Part shown: in pieces, positions 57,683 to 64,000 of the stretch
How positions within the stretch are numbered: position 1 is the first letter of the stretch
Layout: every line of letters begins with the position of its first letter
IMG/VR virus record: IMGVR_UViG_3300005805_000063
Location: 1-64,000 of that record
DNA length: 64,000 nt
Reading direction: 5' to 3' (one strand)
Origin: a virus
Taxonomy: Duplodnaviria > Caudoviricetes
Position numbers and translations under genes: made by a program
The notes under the pieces: model-generated
What the model was told of the DNA's origin: nothing
The model's input: the letters and a program-made list of their open reading frames with translations, nothing else
Databases searched by the model: none

Positions 57683-57899
57683 TGTCAGAAAATTTAGATT
57701 TAAAAATCTCTTCAATGGCCCTGTCCACGGACAGGTTCATACCATTCTTATACATATCCAGTTCAGTCAAACAGGCCATGCCAAACTCCAGCATCTGACG
57801 ACGCTCCTTCTCCAGCCATTCCTTTGACTCCCGGTCAAATCTTTCATTGCGACCGGACTTGGCCACTTCATCAACTATTTCCTTGAGGACTGTTTTCAT
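57672..57899 (-). CDS. Hypothetical protein
   Basis: 75-aa helical ORF tiling between neighbours. Confidence 0.5.
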   Translation of the reverse strand: MKTVLKEIVDEVAKSGRNERFDRESKEWLEKERRQMLEFGMACLTELDMYKNGMNLSVDRAIEEIFKSKFSDNEL

Positions 57900-58386
57900 C
57901 TATCATTTGTGGGTTTATTCCTAAATCCAATTCAGCATACTTCTTAAACTTCGGGGCATCAGCCTCCCGGGTCTCAGCCTCAATCTCCTTGACTGACCTC
58001 ACCCGGTCAGCCACATCAGACGACCAAAACAACTTAGGGTTGACCCTGTAAACGCCGCGGGAAATGCGGATAATAATCCCGACATCCGTCAGCTCCCTTA
58101 TCGCAGCCTTCAGGGTACTCTCACTATAAGACTTTGGCCGGGCTATAGAACCCAATGCCTTATTAAACTCCGCATACATCCGGTTGGAATACGCAAACCC
58201 ATTATCCTCACTTACCCGACCCATGACCCACAATATAAAATCCTTGGAACACGATGAAGAAAGAGAAGCCACCTGATTAAATGCAGCATTATAAAACTGA
58301 AAATAATCCATGTCCAAATCCACATACCCTTGCTTGGTCTTTTGGACAACCTCCTGCGTTTCGAAGAATACCCTGCGCCGTTTCAT
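57871..58386 (-). CDS. RepL-like winged-helix replication initiator / DNA-binding protein
   Basis: 171 aa. SESTLKAAIRELTDVGIIIRISRGVYRVNPKLFW is a wHTH ending in the YxxNP motif of plasmid RepL-like proteins; first gene of the minus-strand module. Confidence 0.7.
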   Translation of the reverse strand: MKRRRVFFETQEVVQKTKQGYVDLDMDYFQFYNAAFNQVASLSSSCSKDFILWVMGRVSEDNGFAYSNRMYAEFNKALGSIARPKSYSESTLKAAIRELTDVGIIIRISRGVYRVNPKLFWSSDVADRVRSVKEIEAETREADAPKFKKYAELDLGINPQMIDENSPQGNS

Positions 58387-58509
58387 AGTACAATATTATA
58401 TACTTTCTTGAGATAGTACATTATACTATACGATATTAATAATTTTTAAGAAAGTTCTTGCAAATACAACTTTTAAATACCATAGGTTTTTAGGGGGTCC
58501 AACGGAGAT

Positions 58510-58572
58510 AGTATACTGGGGATATACTTGAAGTATACCGGGGATATACTCTGAGTATACTGGGGATATACT
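58510..58572. repeat. Three 19-bp direct repeats AGTATAC(T/C)GGGGATATACT at 22-bp period (iteron/operator-like)
   Basis: Copies at 58510-58528, 58532-58550 and 58554-58572. Each has internal inverted arms AGTATA/TATACT. Confidence 0.9.
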
Positions 58573-58949
58573 ATCTAAAAGCTCTTGTCCCTGATAACCA
58601 AGCAGTTAACTGTTTTTCCCTCTCTCTATATGTCCAGCATACTTGCACAGCAAGTATTTCAGGCTGCTGGACCGGCGAAGCCGCCCCCAAGATTGGGGGT
58701 AGGGGGCTGATAGTGTACCACTTACATCCATAATCGGCATTATACTACCCATCACTCCACCTCATTGTACACTATAAGGTACATTATCTTGTACACCCAG
58801 TTTAACATATCCTCCATCAATCAACTATCAGTTCACTGTAAAAAATAAATTTTTCTGTGCGGTGAAAAATAAAATTTTTATGTGGTGGATGCGGGGAGGG
58901 TACACCCCCAGACCCGCCCTAGCCATGCCCGGTTTAAACAAACATCAAC

Positions 58950-59294
58950 ATGGCACACAACATGTCTGGCGGCGAGTTCAAGGAACTTGCTACCAAAATC
59001 TCTGCTAGTAAAGCATCTGTACTTCCTCCGTTGTACAAGCCCGTCAAGGTCACTGAGACTGACGTTGAACTGGCTTCACTTCCTGAGGACCAGTACAAAC
59101 GCCGCGTATACACATTCGACGGTGTGACCGTCCGTTGCGCTATCGACACCTCTGTACCATCTGATGCTAATCGCATCACCGTGGTATACTGTGAGTCTGT
59201 CGAAGACCTCGAGGTCACCGTGCGTGGCAAGAAAGTCGTCTATCCCAAAGGCATGGGTGCATTCCGCATCTATCCTGCTGGGATAACAATCTAA
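58950..59294 (+). CDS. Hypothetical protein, first gene of the plus-strand block
   Basis: 114-aa ORF with biased, GC-richer codon usage and its own terminator. Confidence 0.75.
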   Translation: MAHNMSGGEFKELATKISASKASVLPPLYKPVKVTETDVELASLPEDQYKRRVYTFDGVTVRCAIDTSVPSDANRITVVYCESVEDLEVTVRGKKVVYPKGMGAFRIYPAGITI

Positions 59295-59301
59295 TCTGGT
59301 A

Positions 59302-59336
59302 TGGGTGCCGACTACGGTCGGTACCCAACCTTTTTT
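59302..59336 (+). terminator. Intrinsic terminator
   Basis: Stem TGGGTGCCGAC/GTCGGTACCCA with a C-TACG-G (UNCG) tetraloop, followed by ACC-TTTTTT, 8 nt after the stop. Confidence 0.85.
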
Positions 59337-59430
59337 GCTTGCTTGTCAATCACCAACCAACCTCATTTAAACCAACTGAAACTCACATCTTTTTTATATA
59401 TATTCTTAACTGCAAACTAAACCCAAATCC

Positions 59431-59601
59431 ATGATTACTGTAATTGCACGAAGCACAAAGTTTTTGTACATAAACAAAAACAATAGACTTATTTCTGTAA
59501 TGCTTAACCATTCAAAAGAAGAAATTAATAATGAGTTTTTCTCTCTACCTTTCTTCAGTAATGAAGATGAAGTAAGAAAGGCTTTTCCTGAGCTTATGTA
59601 A
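59431..59601 (+). CDS. Small hypothetical protein (56 aa)
   Basis: My translation is MITVIARSTKFLY...KAFPELM*. It is preceded by the leader ACTAAACCCAAATCCATG and followed by a hairpin. Confidence 0.55.
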   Translation: MITVIARSTKFLYINKNNRLISVMLNHSKEEINNEFFSLPFFSNEDEVRKAFPELM

Positions 59602-59603
59602 GA

Positions 59604-59632
59604 ACTAAAGGGGTGAAATTCCCCTTTTTAGT
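59604..59632 (+). terminator. Terminator-like hairpin
   Basis: AAAGGGG-TGAAATT-CCCCTTTTT immediately after the stop at 59601. Confidence 0.6.
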
Positions 59633-59659
59633 AATGCACCATAACTCACGTGGATATAA

Positions 59660-60065
59660 AGACTTCTTAGTAAAGGCTCATAGTTAACTATGTACTATTG
59701 GCGGGACTAAGATGTGAAACCACACTGATAATCAATTAGGAGATGAAAACGTCCACCTACATTATCAGTCTCCCAAGGGTGAGCAGTTGTAATAATAGAA
59801 TCAGAACCGGGAATAAGTCATGTTTTGAACTCCCCTGAGATTATTACAACTGAGTGCAGAGGGAAGCAAAAATCCTAACCTCAATGAGCACAAGGTCAGG
59901 TCTGGAGTTAACCAGTTAAAGTCTCCCGCAAGAGAAGTCTCAGTCAGGCACTTGACAATAAAATAAAAAGGTGAAAACGACCTTTTTGCGTAAGGTTAAC
60001 CAGTGTAGTGTCACACTGCTTACGATTTCCCTTATTATACTTTCCACCGTTATTCTTTAATAACG
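59660..60065 (+). ncRNA. Candidate large structured non-coding RNA (unassigned family)
   Basis: No convincing ORF. Nested helices: AGACTTCT/AGAAGTCT (59660-67/59933-40), GCGGGA/TCCCGC (59701-06/59924-29), ACTGATAAT/ATTATCAGT (59724-32/59761-69) and a perfect 13-bp CAGTTGTAATAAT/ATTATTACAACTG (59784-96/59840-52). Several GAAA loops and further 3' hairpins. Strand is inferred from the flanking genes. Confidence 0.6.
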
Positions 60066-60109
60066 CAAACCATATTATACTTTCCTTTAATAACAACTAA
60101 CCCAAATCC

Positions 60110-60280
60110 ATGAAAACGTTCAATTACATCATCGCAAACCTCCTGATGCTTGGTTGCATTTGGAGTCTGTTCACAAGTAATGATTCAGTATCGCTGAATC
60201 CAGGCTTTATCCTGCTGCTTGTTGCTATCATCTTTTTCCTGTTTGCCCTTATCGAAGAAGAAAAAGAAAAAAGGAGATGA
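60110..60280 (+). CDS. Small membrane protein (56 aa, two hydrophobic helices)
   Basis: MKTFNYIIANLLMLGCIWSLF...FILLLVAIIFFLFALIEEEKEKRR*; same leader motif as 59431; ATGA overlap with the next ORF. Confidence 0.65.
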   Translation: MKTFNYIIANLLMLGCIWSLFTSNDSVSLNPGFILLLVAIIFFLFALIEEEKEKRR

Positions 60281-60465
60281 GCACAGACCAACCTGACCTG
60301 TTCAATCTGGTAGAGTACCAGCGCAGAAATGGCTTTTGGACTCCGTTCAAAACCCATATTGTCAACCGTCCATACGGTATCTGCAAAGCCCGTAAAAACG
60401 AGCTTGAATCAGATACTAGCCAAGTAAGTGTCAAATTCTTCAAAATCGAGAAACCAAAACGATAA
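60277..60465 (+). CDS. Small hypothetical protein
   Basis: 62 aa, coupled by an ATGA overlap. Confidence 0.6.
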   Translation: MSTDQPDLFNLVEYQRRNGFWTPFKTHIVNRPYGICKARKNELESDTSQVSVKFFKIEKPKR

Positions 60466-60467
60466 CC

Positions 60468-60596
60468 ATGAAACTCTCAATTGCATCCCTTACACAGCGA
60501 CTGACTTACATTAAGACCCAGTCGATTCAACGCCAGCAAGCACTCATGCTCAGGATTACTGACCGTGGATTTTGGCGTTTTGCAGCACAATCATGA
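60468..60596 (+). CDS. Small hypothetical protein (42 aa)
   Basis: AACC-ATG context two nt after the upstream stop; MKLSIASLTQRLTYIK... Confidence 0.4.
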   Translation: MKLSIASLTQRLTYIKTQSIQRQQALMLRITDRGFWRFAAQS

Positions 60597-60625
60597 GCTG
60601 TCATCCCCGCTGCCAAAGATGGGGT

Positions 60626-60778
60626 ATGACAACATGCAAATGCTTTAGAAGTACCCCAAGGGGTCAGGAAATGTATAATCAGGACCGAATGGAATTCCTG
60701 ATTATGTGGTTCTTGGCTCCTTTGGGGGTTTCTTTAGCCATCATTGCCGTCTTCTTTACCATATTATCCTATTACTAG
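60626..60778 (+). CDS. Small membrane protein
   Basis: C-terminal hydrophobic helix (FLIMWFLAPLGVSLAIIAVFFTILSYY); start uncertain. Confidence 0.35.
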   Translation: MTTCKCFRSTPRGQEMYNQDRMEFLIMWFLAPLGVSLAIIAVFFTILSYY

Positions 60779-60792
60779 GACAATACAACCCC

Positions 60793-60990
60793 ATGACCTC
60801 ACAATCTCACAACCCCACAATCATGATTGTATTCCGTACACGTTCCATTAAACTAGAGTTCATTCCCACGCTTTTGATGGTTGGATTCGTCATTGAAAGG
60901 GACTTTCGCTATACCAACATTGCATTTGCGATACCTTTCTTTATCTTTATCATCGAAATCAAGCGGGATTGGCGAGCCAAGCTGTTCTGA
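60793..60990 (+). CDS. Small hydrophobic protein
   Basis: In-frame ATGs at 60793 and 60823 with A/C-rich leaders; part of track ORF 60706..60990. Confidence 0.45.
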   Translation: MTSQSHNPTIMIVFRTRSIKLEFIPTLLMVGFVIERDFRYTNIAFAIPFFIFIIEIKRDWRAKLF

Positions 60991-61081
60991 TTTTATCATT
61001 TGAAGTTGATGCGGCTGCCTTTAATGGCAAGATGTTATTTAATGGGTTTAGGAGCATCGCCGCATCTATTTTTACAATACC

Positions 61082-61279
61082 ATGCAAAAAGACATAACAC
61101 TCATCATCACCAATCCGCGTAACAGCGAAGAGTCAATTGAAATCGAGGTAACCTACAACACATCATCCAATACCGTTGAGTATTGGTCAAGTGAAGAAAG
61201 CGTTGAAGATATTCCCTATTGGCTAGACTACGATATCATTCAGGACACACTGAGTGAGCATCTCAAATCAAAATCATAA
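61082..61279 (+). CDS. Small acidic hypothetical protein
   Basis: 65 aa with an ACAATACC-ATG leader. Confidence 0.6.
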   Translation: MQKDITLIITNPRNSEESIEIEVTYNTSSNTVEYWSSEESVEDIPYWLDYDIIQDTLSEHLKSKS

Positions 61280-61283
61280 ACCA

Positions 61284-61535
61284 ATGGCAAAGAAAAAGAA
61301 GACTCACATAACTGACCGGGATTTAATCAATCTTGGTTTTGTGAAAGTCAAGTTTGAACACGAGCGTGATGAATACTATTACGAATACGAGTTCAAGAAC
61401 GTCCAGATTGTCCTTCTCAGTGATTTTCATAAAAAAGGCAAATGGAAAGTCAATATTTACGAAGGAGGTCTCAAATACTTCTCATCTCTTGAAGACTTGA
61501 CAGCATTTATGGAAATCATTAAAAGAATGAAATGA
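61284..61535 (+). CDS. Hypothetical protein
   Basis: ATG at 61284 just after the upstream stop; ITDRDLINLGFVK...YYYEYEF is a pattern common in small Bacteroidota-phage proteins. Confidence 0.65.
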   Translation: MAKKKKTHITDRDLINLGFVKVKFEHERDEYYYEYEFKNVQIVLLSDFHKKGKWKVNIYEGGLKYFSSLEDLTAFMEIIKRMK

Positions 61536-61873
61536 CCATGAAAGGTAAAATAGTAAAGATTGAAGACAATCAATACTGGGTTGAAATACCCGGTCATGCT
61601 CCTTTTCAGCTTGAGCCAAGCGATGTTCCATTAGTTGATGCAGTGCTTGGCGAGTCTGAGTTTGAGATTGTTGAGCATGATAAAATCAGCGGCGTTGTCA
61701 AATACGCCAAACTTAAAACCAATAACATTACCCGTCTTGAGGTAGTCAACCATGCCAAAAACACAATGAAGATTGGCAGGGTGATGACCCTTTATAAAGA
61801 GATGGGGGATTTCTCTCAGATTGAGCTGTCCTATCAGGACAATGGTCGAACCTTGAAGATATTCTTGGATTAA
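61532..61873 (+). CDS. Hypothetical protein
   Basis: 113 aa, ATGA-coupled; the C-terminal part reads ITRLEVVNH...ELSYQDNGRTLKIFLD. Confidence 0.65.
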   Translation: MTMKGKIVKIEDNQYWVEIPGHAPFQLEPSDVPLVDAVLGESEFEIVEHDKISGVVKYAKLKTNNITRLEVVNHAKNTMKIGRVMTLYKEMGDFSQIELSYQDNGRTLKIFLD

Positions 61874-61878
61874 CCATT

Positions 61879-61951
<73 letters not shown>

Positions 61952-61965
61952 CTTAAAACAACAAT

Positions 61966-62226
61966 ATGTCAAAAACACAAAGAATGAAGGATTTTGTGAT
62001 TGACTTGGCAAATCTCAACAGGGAACTTCACTATCATTTGAATCAAAAACATCCCAATTGGATTACAGTACACAAAATCAAGCGTAAAATTGCTAAAATT
62101 GAGAATTACATCATTAAACCAACAAAAACCATGAAAGACGAACCTTTTTTCGATGTAGAATTGGTATTTAAGATTGCACTTGTTGCTACAGTTTTTACAC
62201 TGCTTTTTCTTATAGCCTCGTTGTGA
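61966..62226 (+). CDS. Hypothetical protein with C-terminal transmembrane helix
   Basis: 86 aa; an internal AAAACC-ATG could be a second start. Confidence 0.55.
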   Translation: MSKTQRMKDFVIDLANLNRELHYHLNQKHPNWITVHKIKRKIAKIENYIIKPTKTMKDEPFFDVELVFKIALVATVFTLLFLIASL

Positions 62227-62348
62227 TGATATTCTTTGTATTGTTTTTTATTGCTATTATTGTCTCAATTTCCGTACTCTGGGGAACAGGAATAGCCGAA
62301 ATGGCCGAGAAACACCCGGATTATGAGGGAGATGATTTTTTAGAATAA
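62226..62348 (+). CDS. Small membrane protein (40 aa)
   Basis: TGATG-coupled; MIFFVLFFIAIIVSISVLWGTGIAEMAEKHPDYEGDDFLE*. Confidence 0.55.
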   Translation: MIFFVLFFIAIIVSISVLWGTGIAEMAEKHPDYEGDDFLE

Positions 62349-62353
62349 ACAAT

Positions 62354-62602
62354 ATGAAAGACTTCATCAAACAGTTGTTCAGCGATGACAACAAAATCAA
62401 CGAAAAATCAGTCGTTGGATTCCTTGCCTTTTCAATGATGGTTATTACCCTACTTGCTGATATCGTTACGGGATTGTATAGCAGGGAAATGCCAATTCAT
62501 GAATTTGTATTTGATGGATTTCTCATCACCTGTTTGGGTGCGTTGGGAATTGCATCTGTTGACAAATGGATAAATAACAAAGGCGGAGGCACAGCTGTAT
62601 GA
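62354..62602 (+). CDS. Putative holin (two transmembrane helices)
   Basis: 82 aa with two hydrophobic segments; ATGA overlap with the endolysin. Confidence 0.55.
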   Translation: MKDFIKQLFSDDNKINEKSVVGFLAFSMMVITLLADIVTGLYSREMPIHEFVFDGFLITCLGALGIASVDKWINNKGGGTAV

Positions 62603-63222
62603 TGGATACCTCAAAACTCAAGGGACATGTTCCGGATGGATTGCTCCTGCTCTTGCCGGATGTAATCAATAAGTTTGAAATCAATAATCCCTTGCGTCTT
62701 GCACATTTTTTGGCCCAATGCGGCCATGAATCAGGCAATTTTAAAGTTACCCGTGAAAACCTTAACTACTCTGCAGAGGGGCTGGTGAAAATATTCCCGA
62801 AATATTTTCCCACCCTTCCTGCAGCGGTTCCGTTTGCCAAGCAAGCTGAAAAGATTGCCAATAAAGTCTATGCTAATCGCATGGGCAATGGTGATGAAGC
62901 ATCAGGAGATGGCTTTAAGTTCCGTGGTCGCGGATACATACAGCTGACTGGTAAACAGAACTATACACTCTTTGGCCAGGCAATAAATGAGAATTTGGTT
63001 GCCAATCCTGATAAGGTGGCTGTTGACTATCCGCTTCTTTCTGCAGCATGGTTCTTTCACAAGAACGGACTGCATAAAATAGCCGATGAAAGCGCAACCG
63101 ACATTACCGTAACCAAGATTACGAAACGTGTGAATGGAGGCACAATAGGCCTTCAGGATAGAATAAAGCACTTCAAAGAGTATTATTCCTTACTTAACCC
63201 TGTTAATCCTGCACTGGTATGA
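62599..63222 (+). CDS. Endolysin, glycoside hydrolase family 19 (chitinase/lysozyme-like)
   Basis: LAHFLAQCGHESGNF, YANRMGNG, FRGRGYIQLTGKQNY, SAAWFF and ITKRVNGGTIGL. Confidence 0.93.
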   Translation: MMDTSKLKGHVPDGLLLLLPDVINKFEINNPLRLAHFLAQCGHESGNFKVTRENLNYSAEGLVKIFPKYFPTLPAAVPFAKQAEKIANKVYANRMGNGDEASGDGFKFRGRGYIQLTGKQNYTLFGQAINENLVANPDKVAVDYPLLSAAWFFHKNGLHKIADESATDITVTKITKRVNGGTIGLQDRIKHFKEYYSLLNPVNPALV

Positions 63223-63470
63223 ATTCAAAGCTTTTCAGTTTCTTTGGTTCCTTGCTAGTATTAGCCATTGCCATATCCATATTCTTCATGCTGATGACAA
63301 AGGAAATGCCCGCGTCAAACAGGGAGCTGTTGATATCCTTTGTATCAGTGCTTTTTGGAGCAATGGCAGGATCTATTAAAAAGGTGACAGGTGATGAAAA
63401 TGAAAGCGATACTGTAAAAGAACTGAAGACCAAAATAAAGGAACTTCAGGCAAAATTGAAGGAAAAATGA
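63219..63470 (+). CDS. Putative second holin/antiholin or spanin component
   Basis: 83 aa; two TM helices plus a charged coiled tail; ATGA-coupled to the endolysin. Confidence 0.5.
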   Translation: MNSKLFSFFGSLLVLAIAISIFFMLMTKEMPASNRELLISFVSVLFGAMAGSIKKVTGDENESDTVKELKTKIKELQAKLKEK

Positions 63471-63721
63471 GAGACGTGACGCTTATTCTTTTTGGCATAT
63501 TGATAGTTTTGGTCTTTGTCGTCTTCCAGTTTGATTATTTCCTCAAATCGGAAGAGATAAAGACAATCCAAAAGAATATTTATTATGACTCGATACTCCT
63601 TGAAGAGCAGAAAGAGCTTAAGAAAAAAGACAGTATCATCTTCAATGAAGAGAAGTCAATCAAGCAAAAGCTCAACAATCATGAGCAAAGACTTCATCGT
63701 ATTGAAAAAAATGACCTATAA
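63467..63721 (+). CDS. Membrane-anchored coiled-coil protein (possible inner spanin)
   Basis: 84 aa; single N-terminal TM helix followed by a coiled coil; inside the lysis cluster. Confidence 0.4.
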   Translation: MRDVTLILFGILIVLVFVVFQFDYFLKSEEIKTIQKNIYYDSILLEEQKELKKKDSIIFNEEKSIKQKLNNHEQRLHRIEKNDL

Positions 63722-63785
63722 AACTTACTCGCTCGTGATAATGAAATCAGGAGCGTCAACTATATTTCAAGTGAGTTATTAATTA

Positions 63786-64000
63786 ATGCGAATAATACAT
63801 CAGAGAACCAAAACCCTTAAAACAAAGGATAATGGTCGCAGTTCTGATGCAGTAAGTCCCAATTTTGTATACGGTTGTCTGGGTGGTTGCATGAAATCCT
63901 ACTGCTATGTAGGACGATACAACAATGACAAGGTGTATATAAACGAGAATGTTGACCAAATCATTGAGTCAGTCTATGATTGGGTTGAACCCAAGCCTTG
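63786..64000 (+). CDS. Spore photoproduct lyase (SplB)-like radical SAM protein, partial
   Basis: My translation is MRIIHQRTKTLKTKDNGRSSDAVSPNFVYGCLGGCMKSYCYVGRY..., an SplB-type GRSxD..P...GC...C...YCY pattern. It runs off the window end. Confidence 0.7.
   Translation, partial: MRIIHQRTKTLKTKDNGRSSDAVSPNFVYGCLGGCMKSYCYVGRYNNDKVYINENVDQIIESVYDWVEPKP

Noticed and set aside
1-58386. Stop-codon reassignment, known in some crAss-like groups
   Set aside because: Genes tile intact in the standard code. TAG ends the vRNAP gene, TGA ends several genes, and no suppressor tRNA is seen.
58510-58572. Mini CRISPR array or anti-CRISPR repeat decoy
   Set aside because: Units are only 19 bp with 3-nt gaps, so there are no spacers and no cas genes. 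An iteron/operator reading fits better.
59720-59770. Hammerhead ribozyme (CTGAT.. and GAAA nearby)
   Set aside because: The core reads CTGATAA rather than CUGANGA, and CTGAT is itself paired in a 9-bp stem, so the topology does not fit. RNase P and tmRNA signatures were also not found.

Overview
A 64-kb segment of a crAss-like (Crassvirales-related, phi14:2/crAss001-type architecture) podovirus, most likely infecting Bacteroidota. Nothing here looks like host chromosome, and the standard genetic code gives intact genes. Positions 1-58386 form one minus-strand virion module. In transcription order it runs: RepL-like HTH protein, ferritin-like protein, PD-(D/E)XK exonuclease, probable TerS, TerL, portal, scaffold-like protein, major capsid protein, ring, auxiliary-capsid and IHF-like genes, a 924-aa mosaic lytic transglycosylase protein, muzzle/tail stabilisation protein, ejected cargo proteins, and a long array of tail-fibre/receptor-binding genes. 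The cargo includes a 4534-aa virion RNA polymerase and a 1414-aa nuclease-bearing protein. After a strand switch at about 58400-58950 the plus strand carries small early-type ORFs, a highly structured non-coding segment, tRNA-Thr(UGU), a GH19 lysis cassette and a truncated SplB-like radical SAM gene. The most striking observations are four. (1) The virion RNAP also carries a complete SF1 helicase and, inside its catalytic core, a roughly 550-aa AT-rich insert with GNAT-like and SLOG-like domains and exact DNA direct repeats, suggesting a swappable injected-effector cassette. (2) An unannotated, multi-helix RNA-like element of about 300-400 nt lies at 59660-60065. (3) Three 19-bp repeats at 22-bp spacing (iteron-like) lie just upstream of the RepL-like gene. 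(4) Two pairs of tandem receptor-binding paralogs have conserved ends and divergent centres, with a sharp AT-rich shift in the beta-helix pair. All family assignments come from motif recognition by eye; no database search was run.
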